From the NCBI GenBank assembly GCA_903944345.1, contig CAJARJ010000005.1:7890-71889 (forward strand): a DNA stretch of 64,000 bases, read 5' to 3'. Every line of letters starts with the position of its first letter. The stretch's first letter is position 1. Source of the DNA: Candidatus Omnitrophota bacterium (lineage in GTDB: Bacteria > Omnitrophota > Gorgyraeia > Zapsychrales > Fredricksoniimonadaceae). Below, piece after piece: positions 9,189 to 18,017 of the stretch. A program made the position numbers and the translations under genes. The notes under the pieces are model-generated. The model searched no databases and was not told the origin of the DNA. It saw nothing but the letters and a program-made list of their open reading frames with translations.

Positions 9189-9548
9189 ATGAATTTGTAC
9201 GTCGGCAACCTTTCATATGAAGCAACAGAAGAAGATTTGCGTCAGGCTTTCAGCCAATTTGGAGCAATCGACAAGGTTTCCTTAATGAAAGACAAGATCA
9301 GCGGTCAGTCGAGAGGTTTTGCTTTTGTTGAAATGCCTTCGAAAGAAGAAGCCGAGGCTGCAATCGGTTCTCTTAACGGAAAAGATCTTAAAGGTCGTCC
9401 GATTACTGTGAACGAAGCTCGTCCTAAAACTGAAGGCGGCGAAAGACGCGGCGGTTTTGGTGGCGGACGTGGCGGTTTCGGTGGCGGCGGCGGTGGTTTT
9501 GGTGGCGGAAGAGATCATGGCAGACGCTCGGATCGCGATCGTTATTGA
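9189..9548 (+). CDS. RRM RNA-binding protein with Gly-rich tail
   Basis: RNP2 LYVGNL, RNP1 RGFAFVEM, RGGFGGG repeats; RBS AGGAG. Confidence 0.95.
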   Translation: MNLYVGNLSYEATEEDLRQAFSQFGAIDKVSLMKDKISGQSRGFAFVEMPSKEEAEAAIGSLNGKDLKGRPITVNEARPKTEGGERRGGFGGGRGGFGGGGGGFGGGRDHGRRSDRDRY

Positions 9549-9579
9549 TCTGTTTTCCATAAATGTGCAATCTGTTCAA

Positions 9580-9611
9580 AAATCCCGTCAGCCTAAAAAC
9601 TGACGGGATTT
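9580..9611 (+). terminator. Hairpin/terminator after the RRM gene
   Basis: AAATCCCGTCAG-N8-CTGACGGGATTT perfect 12-bp stem. Confidence 0.7.
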
Positions 9612-9647
9612 CATAAAACTTACTTTCAGGAAAGGAATAGGTCTAAT

Positions 9648-10130
9648 ATGTCAAAAAAGTTTTCCGGTTTTTGTCTGACTTTAATCCTTCTTTTAACGGC
9701 TTCTTCCTTGGTTTTCGCTCAAGCCGCGGCTCCTGTTGACTCTCCCGAAAACAAGACCATTTTTTCCTATAAGAAAGAATTGGGAATGACGGATGAACAG
9801 GAAAAGAATCTGAATTCTATTCTGGAAGAATTCCAGCAGTATTTTAATGCAAAAAAAGATTCGTTAATTGCTGTGGAAAAAGAAATTGCCGACTTGGTTA
9901 CTTCAAAAGGCAGCCTTGAAACTATCAAAGCAAAAATAGATGACCTTGCCAAACTTAAGGCTGAGGTTACATTCAAGGATATCGAAACTTCACGTCGCGT
10001 TGAATCTGTTTTGAAACCTGAACAGATTGAACAGTGGAAGATGATACAAACAGAAGCTATTGAGATGCTCAGAAATCAGATGGCTGCGGGGCAAGCATCC
10101 ACGCCTGCTCCCATGGAAACTGTTAAGTAA
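9648..10130 (+). CDS. Exported Spy/CpxP-like helical protein
   Basis: Signal peptide ending VFA; LGMTDEQ and VLKPEQ LTxxQ-like motifs. Confidence 0.75.
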   Translation: MSKKFSGFCLTLILLLTASSLVFAQAAAPVDSPENKTIFSYKKELGMTDEQEKNLNSILEEFQQYFNAKKDSLIAVEKEIADLVTSKGSLETIKAKIDDLAKLKAEVTFKDIETSRRVESVLKPEQIEQWKMIQTEAIEMLRNQMAAGQASTPAPMETVK

Positions 10131-10154
10131 GCTTCAATGTTCTGTGTGCATTCT

Positions 10155-10196
10155 ATAAATCCGGGTCAGATTACTCTGGCCCGGATTTATTGTTTT
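10155..10196 (+). terminator. Intrinsic terminator
   Basis: ATAAATCCGGGTCAGA-ttac-TCTGGCCCGGATTTAT then TGTTTT. Confidence 0.75.
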
Positions 10197-10232
10197 CTAA
10201 AACGGGCAAGTACTTGAACGAAAGTTTACGCC

Positions 10233-12344
10233 ATGTCTTTCTGGCTTATTAGTGCCGCGACCAACTGTATTACAAGCCTTCTTCTGGGTGCTCTTGTTTA
10301 TTTCCGTAACAGGAAAAACCCAAGAAATATCACTTACGCACTTTTTACGCTCAGTCTTGCTTTGTGGAGCTTGTGTTACTGCTTATGGCAAACCAGCACT
10401 ACAGCCGAAGCGGCAATATTCTGGTGTCGTTGGCTTATGGCTTTTGCCGTTTTTATTCCGGCAACCCATTTGCATTACATCTGGGTTTTTCGGCAGAAGC
10501 GGAACACTTTCTACCGTTGTTCAACGCGTACCCTATACTTAATTTCTGCTCTTTCAAGTCTGTTGTGTTTTACCCCGCTTGCAATCAAAGACGTTCGTCC
10601 CCGTTTAATGTTCGACTACTGGCCGACCGCCGGAGATTTGTTCTTTGTCATTTTATTAATCTGGCTCTTGCTTGTGTTTCTTGCAGTTAAAGAGCTTATC
10701 GAGCACGTAAGAACGACTTCAGACCCAAGTCGTAAAAGGCAGGGGATTTACCTTCTGATCGGCAATATCATTGGTTGGGGCGGTGGAGTGACCAACTTTC
10801 CACTCTGGTTCGATATTCCTGTTCCTCCCGCAGGTAATATCTTTATTTCTCTCTACGTTATTCTTATTTTCTACGCCATTGTTCGCTATAATTTAATGGA
10901 TATCCGGGTTGTTTTTTCTTCCGCAGGTATCTTTCTTGCAGTTTATTCTCTGGCATTTGGCTTTCCAATATTTCTTTATTGGCAAGGGATGCACTTTCTT
11001 GCTCTTTGTTCCGTTGTTCTTTTTGCGACTCCCGCCCCTTTTATCTATAATTTTCTGATGAAACAGGCAGAAGAAGCCATATTTATTAAAGAGCGAAAGT
11101 ATCAATATCTTCTTCTTCAGTCAACACGGGTTTTAAGCCGGTTGAAAACCGTTCCGGAGATTACCCGGTTTGTTGTTGACACGATTCATCGTATTGTCCA
11201 ACCTGGAAGTGTTGCTGTTTATCTGTCAGAGGGGGCGGGTTTCTATCTGGCGAGTAAAGCTGGACATGCTGATATCTACCCGGAGCAAATCGCTGGAGCT
11301 TCGTCCATTACCAGATACTCAAAATTGTTTGGTCCTGGCTTTATTGACGACCTTTGGCAAAAAGATCTTCTAAATGACGTTGCGTTTATTGACCAGCAAA
11401 GAAATGGCAGAAATCGTGTCGAAGTCATTATTCCAATCAAGCGGGATTATCAACTCAGCGGTTTTATGTTTCTTGGAGCAAAAATTGATTCCGTGCCTTA
11501 TTCAAACAAAGATCTTACGGTCTTGACCAGCGTTCTGGATGCCATGCTTGTTACTTTGGAGAACGCAAATTTCAGAAAAGAAGAAGACGAGCGTCGCAAA
11601 AAAGAAGACGCTATGGCGCGAAGGGAATTTCTTGACCAGATTGTTTCTGCAATGTCGCATGAAATTAATAATCCCAATCAGGCTGTTATCATGGGACTAG
11701 GAACAATAATATCCTGCGCACAAATTTATCAGGAAAGTAATGACCCCGAGATTATCAATGCCATCATCAACGTCGCGGAAGAAACCGAGCGTACAGCTAC
11801 ATCCATATCTTCACTTATTGATAATATCCGTACCTTCTCACAGGAACACAAAATTGAAGTTCTACCCATCGATATCCGCGATACTCTTCCCGTTCTCGAT
11901 GCCATCGGCAAACCAATCTTCAAGAAACACCCGAATACCACCTTTATTAAGGATATTGACCCTGATCTGCCGCTGGTTCTGGCTGACAAGGTTCCTGTAG
12001 AAGAAATCCTGCTTAATTATCTTTCCAATGCGTGCTATGCTGTAAAAGGTAACCTGGAAGGGAATCGTTTGATCACTTTGAAAATAAATCGAGTCGCATC
12101 TGATCGTGTGCGCGTAGAATTTATTGATAATGGACAGGGGATAGCCGCGAACATCCTGAAGAATTTATTTCAGATCCCTACAACTACCAAGGGCAGTAAT
12201 GAAGGCACCGGACTGGGGCTGTGGCGAATCAGAAAGATTTGTGATGCTATCGGCGCCCAATACGGGGCGTCTTCGGATGGGCCTGGCAAAGGGTCTCGCT
12301 TTTGGGTCGATTTTCGTGTAGTGGGAGCAGATCAGAATGACTGA
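10233..12344 (+). CDS. Sensor histidine kinase (multi-TM HisKA_7TM-like sensor, GAF-like, DHp, HATPase)
   Basis: H-box SHEINNP, N-box LNYLSNA, DNGQGI, GTGLGL; about 9 hydrophobic segments. Confidence 0.9.
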   Translation: MSFWLISAATNCITSLLLGALVYFRNRKNPRNITYALFTLSLALWSLCYCLWQTSTTAEAAIFWCRWLMAFAVFIPATHLHYIWVFRQKRNTFYRCSTRTLYLISALSSLLCFTPLAIKDVRPRLMFDYWPTAGDLFFVILLIWLLLVFLAVKELIEHVRTTSDPSRKRQGIYLLIGNIIGWGGGVTNFPLWFDIPVPPAGNIFISLYVILIFYAIVRYNLMDIRVVFSSAGIFLAVYSLAFGFPIFLYWQGMHFLALCSVVLFATPAPFIYNFLMKQAEEAIFIKERKYQYLLLQSTRVLSRLKTVPEITRFVVDTIHRIVQPGSVAVYLSEGAGFYLASKAGHADIYPEQIAGASSITRYSKLFGPGFIDDLWQKDLLNDVAFIDQQRNGRNRVEVIIPIKRDYQLSGFMFLGAKIDSVPYSNKDLTVLTSVLDAMLVTLENANFRKEEDERRKKEDAMARREFLDQIVSAMSHEINNPNQAVIMGLGTIISCAQIYQESNDPEIINAIINVAEETERTATSISSLIDNIRTFSQEHKIEVLPIDIRDTLPVLDAIGKPIFKKHPNTTFIKDIDPDLPLVLADKVPVEEILLNYLSNACYAVKGNLEGNRLITLKINRVASDRVRVEFIDNGQGIAANILKNLFQIPTTTKGSNEGTGLGLWRIRKICDAIGAQYGASSDGPGKGSRFWVDFRVVGADQND

Positions 12345-12714
12345 AAAAAAGAAAATTCTTATCGCCGAAGACGATCAACGGATTGTCAGCAGTTACAAGC
12401 TTCTTTTTCGTTTTCAAAAGAATCTTGCGGACTTTAATCTTTTCTGGGCTGAGACAGCCGCGCAAGCGCAAGCTCTCTTTCTTCAGGAGAAACCTGCTTT
12501 GACTTTGCTAGATCTCGGACTTGGCGACGGCATCCCCGGGTATGATGTTCTCAAGCAACTTCAGGGACAGGTTCCGGACTCCTGCCGAATCGTTGTTTTG
12601 TCCGGCTATTCTGAATATGAAGACATGTGTCTTGCTGCCGGAGCCGCGGCATTTCTTAAAAAACCGCTGACGAAGGATCAATTTTTAGCAACAGTTCTTG
12701 AACATACCAGATAA
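12337..12714 (+). CDS. Single-domain response regulator
   Basis: ILIAEDD, LLDLGL, VLSG, LKKP. Confidence 0.9.
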   Translation: MTEKKKILIAEDDQRIVSSYKLLFRFQKNLADFNLFWAETAAQAQALFLQEKPALTLLDLGLGDGIPGYDVLKQLQGQVPDSCRIVVLSGYSEYEDMCLAAGAAAFLKKPLTKDQFLATVLEHTR

Positions 12715-12735
12715 TACGCATAAACTGGAGACATT

Positions 12736-13383
12736 ATGAAAACAGTTCGCAAACATTATCATGATATCGGTTCCAAGTTGCACAGCAGTCTTTTTACTGC
12801 CGGAGCAATTAAGGATGCATTGCAGTCTTTGGTTTGCCGGGAAGAGGATCAGGCTTTATTACTTGATCTGATCAATAATTGTAAAGCAGTAGAGGATAAT
12901 TTAATGGATCTGGAACGTCAGATCAGCCTCGCCAAACTGCTTACATACCGTTTTCTCGGACCGGAAGCCTCTATTGATGAGTTAAGTAATAGCATTATCA
13001 AGGAAAATACGGCTATCAAACTGCTGATTGTTGATGATGACGAGTCTATCTGCAACGTCCTGGCCTCTTCCTATGAAAGAAAAGGATTTGTGCTCGCCCA
13101 AGCTCAGGATTATTGCGAAGCATTGAAAAAAATCAATGAATTTCGCCCGGATATCGCCATCATTGATCTTTATCTCAAAAACGGAAAAGAAGGCATTGAT
13201 ATCCTTAGATATGTTAAAGATTTTCTTCCGGGAATTAAAACTATTGTTATGACTTATGAAGATCAAGAAGCAGAGCTCCGCTGTGTTCACGAGCTTTCTC
13301 CTGATGAATTATTGATCAAGCCGGTTCGCTCTCAGGCTTTGGATGCCAAAATCAACGGTTTAATAAAATCTATTAGGAATTAG
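12736..13383 (+). CDS. Receiver-domain protein with N-terminal H-box-like helical region
   Basis: N-terminal HDIGSKL; REC motifs LLIVDDD, IIDLYL, VMT, IKP; RBS GGAG. Confidence 0.85.
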   Translation: MKTVRKHYHDIGSKLHSSLFTAGAIKDALQSLVCREEDQALLLDLINNCKAVEDNLMDLERQISLAKLLTYRFLGPEASIDELSNSIIKENTAIKLLIVDDDESICNVLASSYERKGFVLAQAQDYCEALKKINEFRPDIAIIDLYLKNGKEGIDILRYVKDFLPGIKTIVMTYEDQEAELRCVHELSPDELLIKPVRSQALDAKINGLIKSIRN

Positions 13384-13385
13384 GT

Positions 13386-13829
13386 ATGGCCAAAACAACT
13401 TTAGCTACCGAAATGTTATGGCGCTCGCTGCGAGAACAACGACTTGTTCTTCCAACCGATTTCTGGTCCCTTCTCAATAAGTGTTTTTTAAGTGTTCTTT
13501 CCGATATTCAGCAGACCGTAGAATCCTGTCCGGACACCGTTCCAGCGCCTGTTTCCGGACGAATTGTTATTCAAATCGAAAAAATGATCGTTTTATTTCG
13601 TCAGATGAAAACCAGTCTCAACCCTGCGGGGTCTTCCTCCAGTGACATCGTGATACCATCTGATGTCCGTTCCCTGATGGCGCATTATCTTGGCAATGAT
13701 CTTCAAAGGATGCTCTGGGTTGCCGACGAAGGAGGGAGCGATTCTCGTGCAATTATTCTGGAGTGTGCAGGTGATATAAAGGCCTTTTTTATTCGCTTGC
13801 GAGCAGAAACAGGTGAGCCCGCCTCTTAA
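13386..13829 (+). CDS. Hypothetical helical protein with a weak internal duplication and HYLGNDL motif
   Basis: Starts 2 nt after the upstream stop; two similar halves. Confidence 0.7.
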   Translation: MAKTTLATEMLWRSLREQRLVLPTDFWSLLNKCFLSVLSDIQQTVESCPDTVPAPVSGRIVIQIEKMIVLFRQMKTSLNPAGSSSSDIVIPSDVRSLMAHYLGNDLQRMLWVADEGGSDSRAIILECAGDIKAFFIRLRAETGEPAS

Positions 13830-13873
13830 GGGATCACCGCACAGAGCTATCGTTCCACACAAGCCCCCGAGAT

Positions 13874-15178
13874 ATGAATACATCTGACTTCCATATTCCG
13901 CAAAGCGTTCTTTCGCTTTGCGACACACTTAATCATTCAGGTTTCGAAGCTTTTCTGGTCGGCGGATGCGTCCGTGACCAGATAATGGGCATAACTCCTG
14001 CTGATTTCGATATTACAACAAACTGCCTTCCACATGAAACAGCCCGTATTTTTTCCTCCAAAGGTCTTTTGGTTGTGCCTACCGGAATCCGTTATGGAAC
14101 CGTTTCTGTCATGGTCGAAAATGTTGCCTACGAAATAACAACGTATCGCAGCGAACAAGGTTATTCTGATGGTCGACACCCTGACAATATTTCTTTTCTT
14201 GGCAACCTGCACGCAGATTTAGAACGCAGAGATTTCACAATCAATGCCATGGCATTTGATCCCTTGACAGCCAGGCTCGTGGACACTTTTGGCGGCCTGG
14301 ACGATATTGAACATAAAGTGCTCCGGGCGGTCGGTAATCCTCTGCAGCGTTTTAGCGAAGATTATCTGCGAATGCTCAGAGCCGTCCGGTACGCCTCTCG
14401 TTTCTCTTATGCAATAGATCCTGAAACTTTGTCGGCTATTAAACAGTCGCATAGCGGAATTCTTCAGATTTCCCAGGAACGCATTCTTAATGAACTTCTC
14501 AAGATGGCTTCTCAGCCCGGTTCAAAATTTGCAGATGCCTTGATACTACTTAAAGAAACCGGCCTTTTGACGGATATTCTCCCGGAACTTGATTGTCTCG
14601 AAAGTTATCTGTGGGATGCCACATTGTCGTCATTACGACTTAATACTGACCATGATCCGACCCTGAATCTCGTTATTCTTTTCCATAACGTTTCCGGCCA
14701 CAGTCTTTCTACAAACAAGCCTCAGTCCGATATTGCCGTAATTTCCCGAATTGCCCGCCGGATGAAAATGAGTAATCAGCTTAGAGACGCGTTATGTTTC
14801 ACAAGTATTCATCACGAGTTTTACGCGCCAACTCATCAACTTTCGAATCATCAATTCGTTCATTTAATGCAGCATCCCTGCTGGGAACTCTTGTACCGTA
14901 CAATTTTCCTTTATTATTCTGTTTATTCTAACTTTGACTTGTCCAGATGGCAGCCAATCGAAACAAAGATACGCACTTTATATCGTTACTATTTTGAAGA
15001 AGGCAATCTCGAGATAATCCGCAAGCTGATTAACGGAGATAGGGTAATGACGATAAAGAAGTGCCTTCCTGGACCGGAAATCGGAATATATATCGATGCC
15101 ACAATTAACTGGATACTTGACAACTCTGTTGATATAAACGAAACTTCTGATATTGATCTTTTTATCGGGAAGCTTTAA
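13874..15178 (+). CDS. cca: Class II tRNA nucleotidyltransferase (CCA-adding type)
   Basis: LVGGCVRD, DFDI, RRDFTINAMA, EDYLRMLR. Confidence 0.88.
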   Translation: MNTSDFHIPQSVLSLCDTLNHSGFEAFLVGGCVRDQIMGITPADFDITTNCLPHETARIFSSKGLLVVPTGIRYGTVSVMVENVAYEITTYRSEQGYSDGRHPDNISFLGNLHADLERRDFTINAMAFDPLTARLVDTFGGLDDIEHKVLRAVGNPLQRFSEDYLRMLRAVRYASRFSYAIDPETLSAIKQSHSGILQISQERILNELLKMASQPGSKFADALILLKETGLLTDILPELDCLESYLWDATLSSLRLNTDHDPTLNLVILFHNVSGHSLSTNKPQSDIAVISRIARRMKMSNQLRDALCFTSIHHEFYAPTHQLSNHQFVHLMQHPCWELLYRTIFLYYSVYSNFDLSRWQPIETKIRTLYRYYFEEGNLEIIRKLINGDRVMTIKKCLPGPEIGIYIDATINWILDNSVDINETSDIDLFIGKL

Positions 15179-15219
15179 CAAGCCATAATCCCTTGATCTT
15201 CATATTTAGAAAGGTCTTT

Positions 15220-15795
15220 ATGCAAAACCCGGGTTCATTCTACGGTCACCATTCTCTGGAAGAAGCGTTCTTTATTAAACGTGATGCAGAACTAATCGAG
15301 CAACAGAGAAAGATTGCGAAAATGCATCGCAGTCGGACGGCCCTCAGCGATGTTTCAGGCATTACCAATCCTGACGTCCTGGACAAACTTTTGGAACTTG
15401 AAATCACGCCACAAACCTTGGCATCTCTGGCTGTGGTTCCACTGCTTGAAGTCGCCTGGGCAGATGGGCACGTAGATGCCCGCGAACATAAAGCCGTCCT
15501 TGATGCCGCAAAACTTAATGGTTTCAAAAAAGACGATCCCGATTATGCATTGCTGGATAATTGGCTCAATCACCGGCCTTCAGATAAGCTTCTTCATGCA
15601 TGGGTTCACTATATCCGGGGCCTTTGCGAAACATTGGAACCAGCAGAAATTCGTGCACTGCAACTGGAGCTTATTGGCAGAGCAAGAAAAGTTGCAGAGG
15701 CCGCTGGAGGAATTCTTGGCATGGCTTTAAAAATTTCTCCTAAGGAAAATGCCGTGCTTAAAAAGATGGAGGCCGCTTTTGTACACAGAAAATAA
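15220..15795 (+). CDS. TerB-like helical protein
   Basis: EVAWADGHVDARE, VAEAAGG...KISPKE; RBS AAGG. Confidence 0.75.
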   Translation: MQNPGSFYGHHSLEEAFFIKRDAELIEQQRKIAKMHRSRTALSDVSGITNPDVLDKLLELEITPQTLASLAVVPLLEVAWADGHVDAREHKAVLDAAKLNGFKKDDPDYALLDNWLNHRPSDKLLHAWVHYIRGLCETLEPAEIRALQLELIGRARKVAEAAGGILGMALKISPKENAVLKKMEAAFVHRK

Positions 15796-15822
15796 TAAGT
15801 CTAAAAAAATCAAAATAGAGCC

Positions 15823-15851
15823 TTGATTAATTAAAAAAGCAGGTGTATATT
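15823..15851 (+). promoter_or_regulatory. Putative sigma70 promoter of the amtB-glnK leader
   Basis: TTGATT-N17-TATATT. Confidence 0.55.
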
Positions 15852-15913
15852 TGAAAAGTAAGCGGACTTTGTTTCTATAAGTCCTAACACGGCCGGACAG
15901 GCCGTGAAATTAA

Positions 15914-15996
15914 CGGGCAATGTTGTCCGAAAATATAAAGTAAAGAAGCTTTAAAACAATCCCTGGTTCAGGGTTTTATTAAGACATTGACGTCTT
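15914..15996 (+). promoter_or_regulatory. ANTAR-type antitermination RNA element (three A1/G4 hexaloop hairpins)
   Basis: CGGGC-AATGTT-GTCCG; TAAAGT-AAAGAA-GCTTTA; AAGAC-ATTGAC-GTCTT. Confidence 0.7.
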
Positions 15997-16031
15997 GATT
16001 CCATTCTTGGTTTCAAGGCGTTTTTTTATTT
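15990..16031 (+). terminator. Leader intrinsic terminator (attenuator) upstream of amtB
   Basis: ACGTCTTGA...TCAAGGCGT stem followed by a T run; 5' arm overlaps the third hexaloop hairpin. Confidence 0.8.
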
Positions 16032-16123
16032 TAGAGCTCTGAGATTCCAATACTTCGAATAGAAGTCAATTGTTTGAACGATCTAGCAGTTACTTTAATA
16101 TTCGGGCTTAAAGAAAGGACGGT

Positions 16124-16192
16124 ATGTGGCAAGTTTTATATATTCAGGAAGAGATTCGCCCTATGTTTCCATGTAGTATCGGTTTGTATTAA
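16124..16192 (+). CDS. Putative 22-aa small ORF (MWQVLYIQEEIRPMFPCSIGLY)
   Basis: RBS GAAAGGA shortly before ATG; lies between the attenuator and amtB. Confidence 0.35.
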   Translation: MWQVLYIQEEIRPMFPCSIGLY

Positions 16193-16231
16193 AACAAAAC
16201 TAATCATAATCATCAAAAAGGAGTGTGTTTT

Positions 16232-17458
16232 ATGAATTCAGGAGATACAGCATGGGTCCTGATCTCGACAGCATTAGTTATGCTGATGACCCCCGGACTG
16301 GCTTTCTTTTATGGAGGAATGGTCAGAAGAAAGAATATCCTTAGTGTGTTGATGCAGTGTTTCTTTATTTTGTGCTTGGTCAGTGTATTATGGGTTGTAT
16401 ATGGATATTCTCTTGCTTTTGCTCCTGGAACCGGATTCTGGGGCGGCTTTAGCTGGTCCATGCTCAATGGTGTTGGTCTTGAGCCTTATGCGGATTATTC
16501 CGGAACCATTCCGCACCAGGCTTTTATGATCTTTCAGGCCATGTTTGCCGTCATTACTCCAGCCTTGATCATTGGTGCTTTTGCTGAAAGAATGAAGTTT
16601 TCTTCTTTTGTAGTTTTTACTGTTCTTTGGCTAACTTTTGTTTATGCTCCGGTTTGTCACTGGGTATGGGGGCTTGGAGGTTTTATTCGCAATATGGGCG
16701 CGCTGGACTTCGCGGGTGGTACCGTTGTCCATATTAACGCCGGGATCGCGGCACTGGTTACAGCACTTATGATCGGAAGACGAAAGAATGCTGAAAAACA
16801 CCTGCCCTCGCCCCACAATTTACCATTTGTTGCGTTGGGCACAGCCCTTTTGTGGTTTGGCTGGTTCGGGTTTAATGCCGGATCTGCTCTCGGGGCAAAT
16901 GGTCTTGCTGCCGGTGCGTTTGTTGTGACCAACACAGCGGCTGCAGCTGCTGGTTTAAGCTGGGCTCTTATTGAATGGGTGCGTAATGGCAAACCCACGC
17001 TTTTCGGTATTGCTTCCGGAGCAGTGGCAGGGCTTGTTGCCATAACACCGGCAGCAGGGTTTGTTAACATCTCTGGTGCTATTATTATTGGTCTTTTGGT
17101 TAGTGTTTTTTGTTACCTTTCGGCGGTTATAATTAAACCGTTGGCTGGTTATGATGATGCGTTGGACGCATTTGGAGTTCATTGCGTTGGAGGAATCTGG
17201 GGAGCATTGGCCACCGGCTTGTTTGCTTCAAAAGCCATTAATCCTGCCGGCAATGATGGACTTTTTTACGGAAATCCTGCTTTATTCATGATCCAGGTCA
17301 AGGCTGTTCTTTTGACTGTAGTTTATTCCGGTATCGTTACTGCGGTGATTTTTAAGGCTGTTGATATGGTTATGGGGATGCGCGTATCTTCCAAGGAAGA
17401 AGATGTTGGTCTTGATTTAACGCAGCATCATGAGCGCGCTTATACTATAGTTGAATAA
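16232..17458 (+). CDS. amtB: Ammonium transporter
   Basis: TPGLAFFYGG, DFAGGTVVH, WFGWFGFN, DDALDAFGVH. Confidence 0.97.
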   Translation: MNSGDTAWVLISTALVMLMTPGLAFFYGGMVRRKNILSVLMQCFFILCLVSVLWVVYGYSLAFAPGTGFWGGFSWSMLNGVGLEPYADYSGTIPHQAFMIFQAMFAVITPALIIGAFAERMKFSSFVVFTVLWLTFVYAPVCHWVWGLGGFIRNMGALDFAGGTVVHINAGIAALVTALMIGRRKNAEKHLPSPHNLPFVALGTALLWFGWFGFNAGSALGANGLAAGAFVVTNTAAAAAGLSWALIEWVRNGKPTLFGIASGAVAGLVAITPAAGFVNISGAIIIGLLVSVFCYLSAVIIKPLAGYDDALDAFGVHCVGGIWGALATGLFASKAINPAGNDGLFYGNPALFMIQVKAVLLTVVYSGIVTAVIFKAVDMVMGMRVSSKEEDVGLDLTQHHERAYTIVE

Positions 17459-17494
17459 GATTCAAATCTACCAAAACTGAAAACGGAGGATGCT

Positions 17495-17836
17495 ATGAAA
17501 ATGATAATTGCTATCATCCAGCCCAGTAAGCTTGATGATGTGCGCGACGAGTTATACAAGATCGACGTCAATCTGATGACCATCAGCGAAGTTTTGGGAC
17601 ATGGACGTCAGAAAGGCGTTACAGAGGTTTATCGGGGAGCCAAAGAAATGGGCAATTTCCTGCGTAAAATTCGTATTGAGATTGCAGTTAATGATAACTT
17701 CCTTGAACCGGCTGTCAAAGCAATTGTCAAAGGAGCAAAAACGGGCGAGACTGGCGACGGGAAAATTTTTATTCTCCCGCTTGACCAGTGTGTCAGAATC
17801 CGTACCGAAGAACGTGGCGGACTTGCCATTGGTTAA
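17495..17836 (+). CDS. glnK: PII nitrogen regulatory protein
   Basis: GHGRQKG..EVYRG, TGETGDGKIF, VRIRT; downstream of amtB. Confidence 0.95.
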   Translation: MKMIIAIIQPSKLDDVRDELYKIDVNLMTISEVLGHGRQKGVTEVYRGAKEMGNFLRKIRIEIAVNDNFLEPAVKAIVKGAKTGETGDGKIFILPLDQCVRIRTEERGGLAIG

Positions 17837-17851
17837 TGACTGATTATTCTG

Positions 17852-17907
17852 ATCCCGGACGGGGAGGAGCGGTTGTATTATTTCCTCTTCGTCCGGGATA
17901 TATTTTT
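17852..17907 (+). terminator. Terminator after glnK
   Basis: ATCCCGGACGGGGAGGA / TCCTCTTCGTCCGGGAT stem plus T-rich tail. Confidence 0.75.
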
Positions 17908-17945
17908 GATCCAAAAAATCTTCTTGCTGATAGCCTTTCTTCCTT

Positions 17946-17974
17946 TTGACATGGTTCAGATATTTATGTATAAT
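17946..17974 (+). promoter_or_regulatory. Consensus sigma70 promoter of recA
   Basis: TTGACA-N17-TATAAT perfect match. Confidence 0.85.
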
Positions 17975-18017
17975 CAACCTCCCCTTAAGTAGTGAATTCA
18001 ATAATTTGGGAGGTCGT

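Noticed and set aside
9445-9510. GGC/GGT-rich tandem-like repeats
   Set aside because: Gly codons of the RRM protein tail; not a CRISPR array or independent repeat
16127-16142. TGGCA possible sigma54 -24 element before amtB
   Set aside because: No TTGC at the -12 position
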